DNA of 64,000 nt, from contig CAUYUJ010000001.1 of NCBI GenBank assembly GCA_963575745.1, forward strand, positions 2,852,001 to 2,916,000, written 5' to 3'. A model generated the notes under the pieces. The model was not told the origin of the DNA, made no database searches, and saw only the letters and a list, made by a program, of their open reading frames with translations. Position numbers and translations under genes: made by a program. Source of the stretch: Prorocentrum cordatum. Its lineage: Eukaryota. This document shows, piece after piece, positions 50,237 through 63,300 of the stretch (position 1 is the first letter of the stretch; every line of letters begins with the position of its first letter).

Positions 50237-50596
50237 AACTACTACTACTACTACTACTACTACGACTACGACGACTACTACTACTACTACTACTACTATT
50301 ACTACTACTACTACTACGACTACTCATATTATTACTACTACGACTACTGCTACTACTACTACTACTACTACGACTACTGATCACACTGGTAACCGATCGC
50401 GATTATGGCTACGACTACTACTACTACTACTACTACTACTACTGCTACTGCTACTGCAACTGCTACTACTACTACTACTACTACTACTACTGCTACTACT
50501 ACTACTACGACTACGACTACGACCGCCTCTACTACGTTACTACCACTACTACTACTACTACCACCACTACTACTACTACCACTACTACTACTACTG

Positions 50597-50644
<48 letters not shown>

Positions 50645-50668
50645 ATACTACTACGGCTACTACTACGG

Positions 50669-50721
<53 letters not shown>

Positions 50722-50771
50722 GCGACTACCACTACTAGTACTACTACTACTACTACTAGTAGTAGTAGTAG

Positions 50772-50808
<37 letters not shown>

Positions 50809-50837
50809 GCTGCTACTACTACTAGTTACTGCTACTG

Positions 50838-50898
<61 letters not shown>

Positions 50899-50905
50899 GG
50901 CTACG

Positions 50906-50961
<56 letters not shown>

Positions 50962-51016
50962 GACTACTACGACTACTACGACTACTACGACTACGACTAC
51001 GACCACTACTACTACG

Positions 51017-51057
<41 letters not shown>

Positions 51058-51172
51058 CACTACTACTACCACTACCACTACCACTACCACTACCACTACC
51101 ACTACCACTACCACTACCACTACCACTACCACTACCACTACTAGTACTACGGCCACCACTACCACTAATACT
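50085..51172. repeat. (TAC)n microsatellite
   Basis: Read directly. Confidence 0.95.
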
Positions 51173-52524
51173 ACACGTCCGCCACCGTGCCTTCGGGCAA
51201 GGAGCAGGCGTGTCCGCAGGTCCTTCGAAGTCGAATCAAAAAAATCCTAAGGGGATCGGACCCCAAACTCTCAAGTTTCCTGTGTTGCGGGGTGCGGTTC
51301 GTCGAATGACCTGGGGGCCCTAGAGGGCCCTCCGGCAGGCTAAGCGGGCCCCAAAAGGCCCCCAAGACGGTCCGAGAGGGCCCCGCGTCGCCGAACGATC
51401 GGTCCAAGACGCCCAAGATGGCTTCCTGACGACCTAGGAGGCCTCCACCAAGACACCCCAGAATGCAAGAGGCCTCCCGAGAGGAGGAGGGGGATGAGGA
51501 CGACGACGATGACGAACAACTCGACGACGACGCCAAAGGCGCAGGCGGATCAGGAGCAGCAGCACGCGCGCACACTCTGAGGAGCCACCTTGGTTCAAAA
51601 ATAATGCTTGGGGATATTGGGCTCTGGGTATAACTTTTTGACACACGCACACATGATTCCAGGTTCGGTCGTTCCTTTGGTTTTTGCTATCGGAACACCG
51701 TCGTTGTCTCAAAATAGTGCTGCCGCTGCAACATTGACCTCATTTAGGGTCAGCGCGATCCTCCCGTCGTTCAGAATGACGATCTCGCCGCAGCACGGGC
51801 CACTTTTCTGGATCCGAGTCCTTCTTCATCGTTGACGCCCCCCTCCTTTCCCCTCCCCCGCCTTCCCCTGGTCCTCGTGCTGCTCCCGCTCCTTCCACTC
51901 GAATTCCCGCTGCTGCTGCTGTTCGTCCTCGTCCTTCTTCTCGCCGTGCCCCTCCTCCTCCCTCATTCTCTTTTTCTTTCGCCTGCTCATCCTCCTGTTC
52001 ATTCGCCATCTCCTCCTCATCCTCCCCCTCCCTCCTCCCATGTGCTCATCTCCTTTTGGATTGCGCAAAACACGGTGAGTCCGTTTGGGAGTTCAGGGCC
52101 CGCTGTAACACGCGTCCGCAGATAGAGAAAAAGCCAGCCCAGTGGAAGGCATGGGTGGGTGGGATGTCAGATATGGCGCGAGCGCACCTGGCGTGCCCCT
52201 CCCCCCTCTCCCCCTTCTCATGCTCCTCCTCCTCCTCCTCCTCCTTCGACGACGGCGACGACGACGACGACTGGACGAGGGGCTGGGCGGGGCAGACCAG
52301 AGTGGCGCCAAGGCTGCGCGGCGATCCAACAGACCTAACAGCTGGGTCGCGCGCTCCGCGGCCCGTTCTTGCGCCGCTCGCAGCGGAGGAGGAGCAGGAA
52401 GGCAAAAAATGGCTCTCCGGGAAAACTGTTGGTTCCCGGGGAGATCGGTTGGTTCTCCGGGTGAACGTGACATCATGCCGAGTTGGTTCTCCTGATGAGA
52501 CCATTGCAGGTTTTCTACCCCCCC

Positions 52525-53300
52525 AAAACACAAAAAAGAACGCCAACACCCAAACACCACGCACCACACCCCAAACACCACGCACCAAACCCCAACCCCA
52601 ATTCCCAAACCCCAATTCCCAAACCCCAATTCCCAAACACCAAATCCCAAACCCCAAACACCCAACCCCAAACGCCAAACACCAAACCCCAAACACCAAA
52701 CCACAACCACCAACTCCACGCCCCAGGCACCAAACCCAAACACCAAATCCCAAACACCAAGAAACAACACCCGAAAACTAATCCCGAAACTCCCACCACC
52801 ACGCCCCAAACACCAAACCCACACACCACACCACAACACCAATTCCACTAACACCAAACCACAAACACCAAACCGTAGACCCCAAACCCCAAACACCAAA
52901 CCCTCAACACCAAAATGCCAAAATCCAAACCAAAAGCACCAAACCCCAATTCCAAACACCAAGCCCCAAACACCAAACCGCAAAGCACCAAACACCAAAC
53001 ACTAAACCCCAAAAACCAAATCCCAAACACCACGCCCCAAACACCCCAAACACCAAATCCCAAATACCGTGAACAAACCGAACACTAAACCCCAAACTCC
53101 AACCACCACGCCCTAAACACCAGACCCAAACACCACACCCCAACACCAATTCAACTACACTAGCCCTTAAACGCCAAGCACCAAACACCAAGCATCAAAC
53201 ACCAAACCCAAAACACAACACCCCACACAACAAACCCGACACACCAAACCCCAAACACCAAACACTACGCCCCCCAAACCAAACCCCAAACAAATTACGC
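52525..53300 (+). repeat. Degenerate 7-bp (CCAAACA/CCAAACC)n satellite; resumes at 55860-55942
   Basis: Read directly. Confidence 0.85.
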
Positions 53301-53424
53301 CACCGAAGAACCCCACATACTTAATTAAAATCTGATGTGCTTGCTTAGGTTTTAATATATGCGCAATCCTGCGTTCTGAGCCCTCGTCGCGAATGTTTCC
53401 CTATGTGCCATCCAACGCCATATC

Positions 53425-55478
53425 GCTTGCCACGCTTTGCGAGCCCGCAACGGATAGGGAGACCACCCCAGCGCACCCCCTGTCGTGTCGAGGAAGTGCC
53501 ACGCCTGCCACGCTTTGCGAGCCCGCAACGGGCACGGATACCACCCCCAGCGCACTCCCTGTGGTGTCGAGGAAGTACCACGCCTGCCACGCTTTGCGAG
53601 CCCGCAGCGGATAGGGAAACCACCCCCAACGCCCCCCCCCCCCCCTTGTGGTGTCGAGGAAGTGCCACGCCTGCCACGCTTTGCGGGCCCGCAACGGATA
53701 AAGATACCACCCCCAGCGCACCCCCTTGTGGTGTCGATGAAATGCAACGCCTGCCACGCTTTGCGAGCCCGTCAAGGATAGGGAGACCAACCCCAGCGCG
53801 TCCCCTGTGGTGCCGGGGAAGTGCCACGCCTTCCCCGCTTTGCGAGCTCGCAGCGGATAAGGAGACCATCCCCAGCGCACCCCCTGTGGTGTCGAGGAGA
53901 TGCCACGCCTGCCACGCGTTGCGAGCCCGCCACGGATAGGGAGACCACCACCAGCGCAATCCCTGCGTTGCCGAGGAAATGCCACGCCTGCCACGCTGTG
54001 CGAGCCCGCAACGGATAGGGAGACCACCCCCAACGCGCCCCCTGTGGTGTCGAGGAAGTGCCACGCCTGCCACGCTTTGCGGGCCCGAAACGGATAGCGT
54101 CCCCACCCACAGCTCCCCCCCAGCGGTGTCGAAGAAGTGCCACGCCTGCCACGCTTTGCGAGCCCGCGACGGATAGCGTCCCCACCCACAGCTCCCCCCC
54201 CTGTGGTGTCGAGGAAGTGCCACGCCTGCCACGCTTTGCGAGCACGAAACGGATAGCGTCCCCACCCACAGCTCCTCCCCCCTGTGTTGTCGAGGAAGTG
54301 CCACGCCTGCCACGCTTTGCGAGCCCGAAACGGATAGCGTCCCCACCCACAGCTCCCCCCCTGTGGTGTCGAGGAAGTGCCACGCCTTCCTCGCGTTGCG
54401 AGCCCGAAACGGATAGCGTCCCCACCCACAGCTCCCCCCCTGTGGTGTCGAGGAAGTGCCACGCCTGCCACGCTTTGCGAGCCCGAAACGGATAGCGTCC
54501 CCACCCACAGCTCCCCCCCTGTGGTGTCGAGGAAGTGCCACGCCTGCCACGCTTTGCGAGCCCGAAACGGATAGCGTCCCCACCCACAGCTCCCCCCCTG
54601 TGGTGTCGAGGAAGTGCCACGCCTGCCACGCTTTGCGAGCCCGAAACGGATAGCGTCCCCACCCACAGCTCCCCCCCTGTGGTGTCGAGGAAGTGCCACG
54701 CCTGCCACGCTTTGCGAGCCCGAAACGGATAGCGTCCCCACCCACAGCTCCCCCCCTGTGGTGTCGAGGAAGTGCCACGCCTGCCACGCTTTGCGAGCCC
54801 GAAACGGATAGCGTCCCCACCCACAGCTCCCCCCCTGTGGTGTCGAGGAAGTGCCACGCCTGCCACGCTTTGCGAGCCCGAAACGGATAGCGTCCCACCC
54901 ACAGCGTGGTGTCGAGCCGCCTGCCACGCTTTGCGAGCCCGAAACGGATAGCGTCCCCACCCACAGCTCCCCCCTGTGGTGTCGAGGAGTGCCACGCGTG
55001 CCACGCTTTGCGAGCCCGAAACGGATAGCGTCCCCACCCACAGCTCCCCCCCTGTGGTGTCGAGGAAGTGCCACGCCTGCCACGCTTTGCGAGCCCGAAA
55101 CGGATAGCGTCCCCACCCACAGCTCCCCCCCTGTGGTGTCGAGGAAGTGCCACGCCTGCCACGCTTTGCGAGCCCGAAACGGATAGCGTCCCCACCCACA
55201 GCTCCCCCCCTGTGGTGTCGAGGAAGTGCCACGCCTGCCACGCTTTGCGAGCCCGAAACGGATAGCGTCCCCACCCACAGCTCCCCCCCTGTGGTGTCGA
55301 GGAAGTGCCACGCCTGCCACGCTTTGCGAGCCCGAAACGGATAGCGTCCCCACCCACAGCTCCCCCCCTGTGGTGTCGAGGAAGTGCCACGCCTGCCACG
55401 CTTTGCGAGCCCGGAACGGATAGCGTCCCCACCCACAGCTCCCCCCCTGTGGTGTCGAGGAAGTGCCACGCCTGCAAC
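53425..55478 (+). repeat. 79-bp tandem satellite, ~26 copies
   Basis: Unit GAGGAAGTGCCACGCCTGCCACGCTTTGCGAGCCCGAAACGGATAGCGTCCCCACCCACAGCTCCCCCCCTGTGGTGTC. The ORF track shows identical 65-aa ORFs every 79 bp. Confidence 0.95.
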
Positions 55479-55519
55479 GCCCTGGGCCCCCAGTGGTACC
55501 GTGAAAATGCAGTGCCTGC

Positions 55520-55760
55520 CACAGCTCGGCTCAGCTCAGCTTGGCACGCTCTGCGAGCGTGTCAAGCTGAGCTGAGCCGAGCTGTGCTGTGCTGAGCCGT
55601 GCTGGGCTGTGCTGAGCTGTGCTGAGCTGAGCCGAGCTGTGCTGAGCTGAGCTGAGCTGTGCTGCGCTGTGCTGTGTGCTGAGCTGAGCTGACCTGCGTG
55701 CTGTGCTGAGCTGAGCTGTGCTGTGCTGTGCTGTGATGTGCTGTGCTGTGCTGTGCTGTA
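55520..55760 (+). repeat. 5-bp (GCTGA/GCTGT)n satellite
   Basis: Read directly. Confidence 0.9.
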
Positions 55761-55944
55761 CGAAGAGTGAGGTGTGTGTGTGTGTGTGTGAGAGTGTCGC
55801 GGGTGCAGCGCGGCAGGGAAGAAAACCAGAACCCCACGAAGCATGTGGGGAAAAAACGTCAAACACCAACCCCCAAACACCAACGCGAAAACTCCAAACC
55901 CGAAAACACGAAACCCCAAACACCAACCCCCAATAACCAAACAC

Positions 55945-55957
55945 GACTACGATTACT

Positions 55958-55998
<41 letters not shown>

Positions 55999-56210
55999 AA
56001 ATACAACAACTACTACTACTACTACTACTACTACTACAATTACTACCGCTACTACTACGACTACTACGGCGACCACTGCTACTACTACTACTACTACTAC
56101 TACCACTACTACGACTACTACTACTACTACTACTACTACTACGACTCCTACTACTACTACGACTACGACTGCTATTAGTACCACTACTACTCCTACTACT
56201 ACTACTACTA

Positions 56211-56242
<32 letters not shown>

Positions 56243-56245
56243 ACG

Positions 56246-56276
<31 letters not shown>

Positions 56277-56312
56277 TGGCGGTTACTATCTAATACTACT
56301 ACTACTACTACG

Positions 56313-56349
<37 letters not shown>

Positions 56350-56554
56350 CTACTACTGCTACTACAACTACTACTACTACTGCTGCTACTACGTCTACTA
56401 CGACCACTACTGCTACTACTACTACTACTACAACAACTACTACTACTACTACTACTACTACTACGGCCACAGCTATTACGACGACGACTACTACTACTAC
56501 TACTACTACTACGACGAGGGCTATGACAACCACTACTACTACGACTACTACGGA

Positions 56555-56613
<59 letters not shown>

Positions 56614-56672
56614 TGACTACTACTACTACTACGACTTACTACTTACTACTTACTACTACCCCTACTACTACT

Positions 56673-56721
<49 letters not shown>

Positions 56722-56885
56722 TTACTACTACTACTACCAATACTTCAGCTACTGCTACTATTCCTGCTGCTGCTGCCGCTGTTGTTGCTACTAACGCTAC
56801 CACCACTACAATGATCGTTACTCGTGCCAGCACGATTGCTACCACGACTGTTAGTACTACTCCTCCTACTGCTACTACTCCCACG

Positions 56886-56917
<32 letters not shown>

Positions 56918-57044
56918 TACCACTGCTACTACTACTGCTACTACTACCACGATTACTGCCACCGCTGCAAGTGCTATCGCTATGACGGCTACTTCGACTG
57001 CCAATATTATTATTACTACTACCACTACTCGTGCTGTTGATACG

Positions 57045-57082
<38 letters not shown>

Positions 57083-58216
57083 CACTACTACTACTACCGC
57101 TTCTGCACCTACTTCTTCTTCACCCACTATTACGTTTACCAACCGTGAAATTACTACGGCTACTGCGACTACTATGACGACTACTGCTACTACTACTACG
57201 ACTACGACTACGACTACTACTACTACTACGACTACGTTTACGACTACCGCGACGACGGCGCCGACGAGAACATCTACGTTGTGCATACGTTGCGTGTACG
57301 CACGCTCATACGTTTCGCATGGGTGTCGTTCCTCTTCCGTGTTCTGTGCGTATCCGACGTTTCGCGAACGTGGTGTGGGCGTTTTGGTTACGCGTTTTGT
57401 TTACGTGTCGCATGATTGGTATATGCACGTCGTATACTTGCCGTGCGTGTTGTGAACACGTGGCGTATATGGTTGGTTCATGGTGTCTATGTTTCCGTAC
57501 AGGTTTGTATGCGTATCATAAATGTTCTGCGCCTGTTGCACATCCGTGCCGTAGAAGTTGCGTATGTGTTGTGCAGACAAGTCGATACACGCCTTGTACA
57601 TGTTCACACATGGTGTGTATAGTTTTGTGCACGCGCCCAGTATGTTTCGCATTTGTACCATATGCTTTTTGTGTATGCGACGCATTTGTTTCGCGGGTGT
57701 GCCGTGCCATGACTATAACTGCTACCGCAATTACCACGAGCACCTCTACCACGACCAAGGCCACCACTACTTCGATTACTGTTTCGACTGGTGCCAAAAC
57801 TACGTCTACGGCTACTTCTGTTCGTTGTTCCAACAAGTATTACTCGTTTTCCCACCACCACCGCTACTCTACTACTACGACGACTTCACATACTTCTACT
57901 CATACCCCCACGCCTGCCACAACTACCCGTCATATTACTACTACGGCTACTGCTACTACTGTACACAGTGCTTCTCGCGCGAATACTAGCAAGACCAAAA
58001 CCACCACTGTTACGACTACTGCTACTACTGCTATCCTCGCTGCCACTACTACTACTACTACCACTACTACTGCTACTACTACTACTACTACTACTACGAC
58101 TGCTACTACTACGACTACTACTACTACTACTGCTACTACTGCTTCGACTACTACTACTACTACTACTACTATTACTACTACTACGTCTACTGCCACTACG
58201 ACTGCTACTATGATGG

Positions 58217-58284
<68 letters not shown>

Positions 58285-58427
58285 ACTACTAAAACTACAA
58301 AAACTAACACCACGATGCCGATCATCTTATCTAATCCTACCACCACTACGGCTGCAACTGCGACTGCGACTACCACCACCATTACTACTCCTACTATACC
58401 TTGTACTACTACTACTACTACTACTGA

Positions 58428-58466
<39 letters not shown>

Positions 58467-58493
58467 GACTACTACTACTACTAGCATTACGAA

Positions 58494-58535
<42 letters not shown>

Positions 58536-58613
58536 GACCGCTACTACTACAACTAGTACTATGACGACGGCCACTACTACTTCTACCGCCACCACCACCA
58601 CCACGACTAGTAA

Positions 58614-58646
<33 letters not shown>

Positions 58647-58653
58647 CAACACC

Positions 58654-58706
<53 letters not shown>

Positions 58707-58709
58707 TAT

Positions 58710-58741
<32 letters not shown>

Positions 58742-58793
58742 AGAATAATAATACTACCACTGCTATTACTACTACTCCTACTAGCACTACTAT

Positions 58794-58830
<37 letters not shown>

Positions 58831-59159
58831 GCTACTACTACTACTACTACTACTGCTGCAACTACTACTATCAGTACTACTACCAATGAGACTACTGATA
58901 CGACTCGTAGTATTACTACTACTACTACTACTGCTACTACTATCCACTACTGCTACTACGACCCTTACGATCAGTACTACTACTTCTGGTACTACTACTA
59001 TCACTACTACTACTACTACTACTACTGCTACTACTACTACTGCTGCTACTGGTACTACTACGACTACGACGACCAGTACTGCTACTACTGGAACTACTAC
59101 TACTACTACTGCTACTGCTACTACTACTACTTCTTCTCCTCCTAATGCTACTGCTGCTG

Positions 59160-59190
<31 letters not shown>

Positions 59191-59290
59191 GAGTGCTACT
59201 ACTACTACTACTACTACTATTACTACTACTACGACTCAGACGATCAATACTACTGCTAGTAGCGCTTCTTCTACGACTGCTACTCTTGCT
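55945..59290. repeat. Long degenerate (TAC)n tract with a GT-rich insert at ~57270-57710
   Basis: Read directly. Confidence 0.9.
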
Positions 59291-59719
59291 GGGACTATTA
59301 CAACGGCTGGTGTGTCACATCTACAAAGATTACAACGGAGAGGTGGTTCTCTGGGTAGCCGAGGCTGGAGTGGTGCGAAATCCTGGGCCACGTCTTAAAG
59401 GAATAGTAATCTAGGCTTGCGAAACTGAAGATCAACGGAATTCTGAAGATCCTTGATCGGGTCTCACCTAGAGAACTAACCCTCCTGCGAGAACCGTCAG
59501 AAACCCACTCGGATCCAAAAGCCTACACGGTGAACCAGTCGTTCTCCTGGGGCATCAACCCTTTTCCAGGAAAGCAACCCCCTGCGGGTCAAGAGGAGGG
59601 GGGAGGTGGGCGAAGAAAGGAGTGAGGGAATTCGAATCGGGGATCGACTATAGAATTGATTTGCCCCAAGCAATACACGGAAGATAAGTGGAAGTATATA
59701 CAAGCATTCTTCGTATAGG

Positions 59720-60873
59720 ACGTCAGATATGACGCGAGCGCACCTGGCTTGCCCTGCCCCCTCCCCTGGACGTGGACGGGGCTGGTCGCGAGGTGTCGGA
59801 GCGTCTAAAACGGCCTCGGCGAGGAAGCCAAAACCATTAGTCTTACTGGGGTTTTGGCCCCATGTTGGCCTCTTGGGGGGGCGACCCTAATTAAAGCTCC
59901 CCTCTTGTTTGATCGGTGTCCTCCAAGATTGCCAAAAAGTGATCCCAAGGTTCCCAAGGGCGCTCCAAGAGCGCCCCAAGAGGTGTCCAGGAGGCCCCAA
60001 GAGACCCCCAGGATGCCCCCAAGAGGCTCCCACGAGACCCCCAAGAGGGCCCAAGAGGCACCCAAGACGCCCCAAGAGGCCTCAGCGAGAATGCCAAAAT
60101 CATTGAATTTTCTGCGGTGTTGACCACATATTGGCCTCCTGGGGAGGTGAAGGACTCATTAAGCTGGCTGCAAGAGCTCCTGGGAGAGCCCAAGATGACC
60201 TCCAGGATGGCTCAAGATATCCCAAGACGCCTCAAGATGGCCCCCAAGATGCTCCAAGAGGCCCAAGACCTCTCCATGTGGCCAAAGAGCTCCCCCAAGA
60301 GCCCCCGAATATGATAACATCTCTCCAACACCTTGGGGAACTTGGTGTTTTATGTTTTCTCGCCGCTTCCGATGGCCATCCGAGGCCTCAAGACGGCCCC
60401 AAGAGCGCCCAAGAGCGTTCCAAGAGTGCCCCAAGAGCGCCCCAAGAGGCGACTTTTGGGTCTCCCGAGGGGCAACGCTAATTAAAGCTCCCCTCTTGTT
60501 TGATCGATGTCCTCCAAGATGGCCCCAAGAGTGCTCCCAAGGCTCCTCAGAGCACCTCAAGAGGGCCCCAAGAGGCGCCCAGGAGGCCCCAAGCGGCGCC
60601 CAAGAGGCCTCCAAGAGACTCCCACGAGACCCCCAACAGGCCAGAAGAATCTTCCCGAGACGCTCCAAGAGGCCCCCGGGACTGCCAAGAGGCTCCCAAG
60701 ACGCAAGAGAGGCCCAAGAGAGCCCCAAAACGGCCCCAAGAGCGCCCAAGAGTGGCCCACGAGCGCTCCACGAGGGACCCTTCATCTGTGTGCTGTCCAC
60801 TTCCCTGATCGAGGCAAGTCCTCTGGGCATCGTCTCTGGATAGGCTGGTGGGGTTACGCGGAGCGTCTAGAAT
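59720..60873 (+). mobile_element. CCAAGA-rich non-autonomous element, 3' end with a GGA-loop hairpin
   Basis: The head CCCTGCCCCCTCCCCTGGAC.TGGACGGGG matches ~26065-26096, and GTCAGATATG.CGCGAGCGCACCTGGC matches ~52166-52192. Right end GGCTGGTGGGG (60843-60853), ACGC-GGA-GCGT (60856-60866), CTAGAAT. Confidence 0.6.
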
Positions 60874-61369
60874 TGGTCTGCATTGCTCAGAACTGCTCTT
60901 ACTTCTCTTGAGGAAGAAAGCAGACCCGTAATTGGCGGCTGCGCTGGGCTCACGTCTTCCAATACCAAGGGCCCCCGAACTTCTCGACACCATTTCTGGT
61001 AACGGTTTCTCGTCGCGGGTCGTCAGTGCTCTGGGGCCCGAACAAAAGACAACTTCTCTTGTCGCGATGCCTGGAGATTTGGGGCTCCCCCGCTCCAATA
61101 TCCAAACCCCCGGGCCCATCCTGGAGCGCGTTCCGGCCAGGATTCCGAGGCGAATCCGCCCGTAGCTACGAGGCCCCCCTCCCCGAAAAGCAAGGCCCAA
61201 ACAGGAGGACGACCTGAAATGGGTATGGAAAAATTGGGTACGATGACGAACAAGAAATGTTGTACAAAACCAACAGAGGCCGCTGTTGGGCAAGCGGCCC
61301 CCTGCCTCAAATGTGCGAAGCCCGCGACGACACCGACAGCGAGCACTGCCCGAAATGAGTAGGAACTGC

Positions 61370-61690
61370 TGTCAATTTTCGTCCCCATTCTTTCCCAACC
61401 AATTCCGATCGTGCCGAGAAAAAGGTCTCTGGTCGTGGCCGGTCTGATCGAATGCAGGCGCTCCCGCGCCCCTCACGCTCCAGCCGGCCACCGCTTGTTG
61501 GGACAGCCACGGCCGCGAGCACCACCAGAGAGCGCCTGCACGCTCAGCAGCGACAGGGAACTCTGTCAGACGGCCACCTGCACAGCTGCCCCTCTGTCCA
61601 CTCCCTACTCTCCACCCAAGTGCGTCCCCCAGCGGAGCTGCAAGGCAGGCCCTCATTTCGTAGCGTGAGCGCCACCGATCCAGCATCATA
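61370..61690 (-). pseudogene. Possible decayed 3' fragment of a LINE ORF (Cys/Trp-rich C-terminal motif)
   Basis: AAERAGALWWCSRPWLSQQAVAGWSVRGAGAP loosely resembles GxLxWCxxC...LxxxCxGxP C-terminal motifs; weak. Confidence 0.25.
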
Positions 61691-61694
61691 CGTA

Positions 61695-61964
61695 GATGTA
61701 TATGTATATGTGTATGTGTATGTGTATGTGTATATATGTATGTGTATGTGTATGTATATGTATAGGTATAGGCATATGTGCATGCATGTATGTATGCATG
61801 CATGCATGCATGCATGCATGCATGTATCTATGTATGTATGTATGTATGTATGCATGTATGTATGTATGTATGTATGTATGTATGTATGTGTGTATGGATG
61901 TATGTATGTATGTATGTATGTATGTATGTATGTATGTGTGTGTGTATGTATGTATGTATGTGTG

Positions 61965-62030
<66 letters not shown>

Positions 62031-62100
62031 TGTATGTATGTATGTATGTATGTATGTATGTATGTATATATGTATGTATGCATATATACATACATACATA
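61695..62100. repeat. (TATG)n/(CATG)n tetranucleotide microsatellite
   Basis: Read directly. Confidence 0.95.
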
Positions 62101-62900
62101 CTAGTGTGGCGCGTGGATTAAATCCACGGAGTTGAAGGGATACGTGTGTGGCAGTGTGTTCTGGGGTGTGCGACGCAGTGAGCGACCACCGTAGATCTCG
62201 CGATATTGTTCGAATGGCGTTTCCTTGCCGCGGGCGACTTCGTAGGAAACCCTTTTGAAACTCCTGGGGGAGCTCCAAAGGCCCTCTGGGGCCTTGTAGG
62301 ACGCTTGTCGGGCCGTTTTGGCGCCGTCGTGGGCCATTTTGGACGCCTCTTGGGCTGTCTTGGGTCCATATTGGGCCGTATTGGGCCCCACCGCGGCCCC
62401 TCCTAGGGTCCTCTTGGGCCGTCTTGGGAGCCTAGCCTCGTGGACCGTCCTGGGGTCGTCATGAGCCATCAGCGGGCCTTCTTGGGAGGTTTTTGGATGG
62501 TCGTGGGACGATTTTGGAAGCCTCCGGGGCTGTCGCGGGACGACCCAAAAGGCAAATGTTGCTGACATCGTCAGTTTTCCGCATGGAATGTGGTGTTTTT
62601 TGCTGGATGGGTCGCTCTCGGGGGTCTGCTGGGGCCTTCTCTGCGGTCCCATGGGGCCCTCTTGGAGCCGTGGTGGCCGTCAGAGGGGGCAGCCTGGGCC
62701 GCCCGAGGGCCGCCTTGGATAGTCTGGGGGCCCCATGGGCCGCGTGGGGGCTCTTCGAGAAGAGTTCTGGCGCTCTTTGGGGGCTCGCGGGGGGCCTTCG
62801 GGTGCCCTTTTTCGGGCCCCCTGGGGAGCTCGGGGAACTGGGGGTCCACGCAAACCCGCCAAGGTTCTAACCGATTTACTTGAATGACTCGATATCATGT
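62101..62900 (-). mobile_element. Non-autonomous Helitron with a canonical 3' end; 5' end uncertain
   Basis: Minus strand reads CGTGGATT-T-AATCCACG (hairpin, 62112-62128), 7 nt, CTAG (62101-62104), then T. The body is a reverse-oriented CCAAGA-rich repeat. Confidence 0.65.
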
Positions 62901-62924
62901 GTTTATAGATATGTGTGTGTCTAT

Positions 62925-62973
<49 letters not shown>

Positions 62974-63300
62974 CGGGTGAAACACACACTGCCCTCAGCG
63001 GAGCGGCAGCACACCAGCGCAAAAACGTCCCGAGCACGTCGAATACATGTGCGGAGCGTCGCTTCTCATAGGCGAATCACGGCGGCACGTGCGGCACGAG
63101 GCGTGCCAGAAAGCCGATGAGTAGGAAGAGATGGAGGGGATATAAGAAGCCAAGAAGCTCAGGAGGAGGGGGAGCTGGAGGGGAAAACTGATCGACCAAC
63201 CACCACACACCCCTGCCTCACAGCATGTTGTCAATCTCGACACGCTAGCCGAGAGCTTGACGGTACATCGTCACGTTGATGAGGGCATTGGCTCAGCCGC

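Noticed and set aside
51582..51600. Relic dinoflagellate spliced leader (AGCCACCTTGGTTCAA; also GCTCAAG at ~25401 and on the minus strand at ~24009-24015)
   Set aside because: Too many mismatches to CCGTAGCCATTTTGGCTCAAG and no coding sequence directly downstream.
52525..53300. Interstitial telomeric repeat
   Set aside because: Units are CCAAACA/CCAAACC-like and degenerate, not CCCTAAA or CCCTAA.
53425..55478. CRISPR-like array (constant part plus variable part)
   Set aside because: The variable segments are homologous to each other and mostly identical, so there are no unique spacers; no cas genes; eukaryotic context.
53345..55522. 725/650/565-aa ORFs
   Set aside because: The 79-bp unit is not a multiple of 3 and simply lacks stops on the minus strand.
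55743..59398. Long Thr-rich mucin-like ORFs (570 and 608 aa)
   Set aside because: Translations of (TAC)n, which lacks stops in all three frames on that strand; frequent phase slips; no signal peptide or domain.
59300..59715. 3' end of an LTR element (purine tract AAGAGGAGGGGGGAGG followed by TG at ~59607, and CA at ~59702)
   Set aside because: No RNase H/integrase motif upstream and no second LTR copy in the window; purine tracts are common here.
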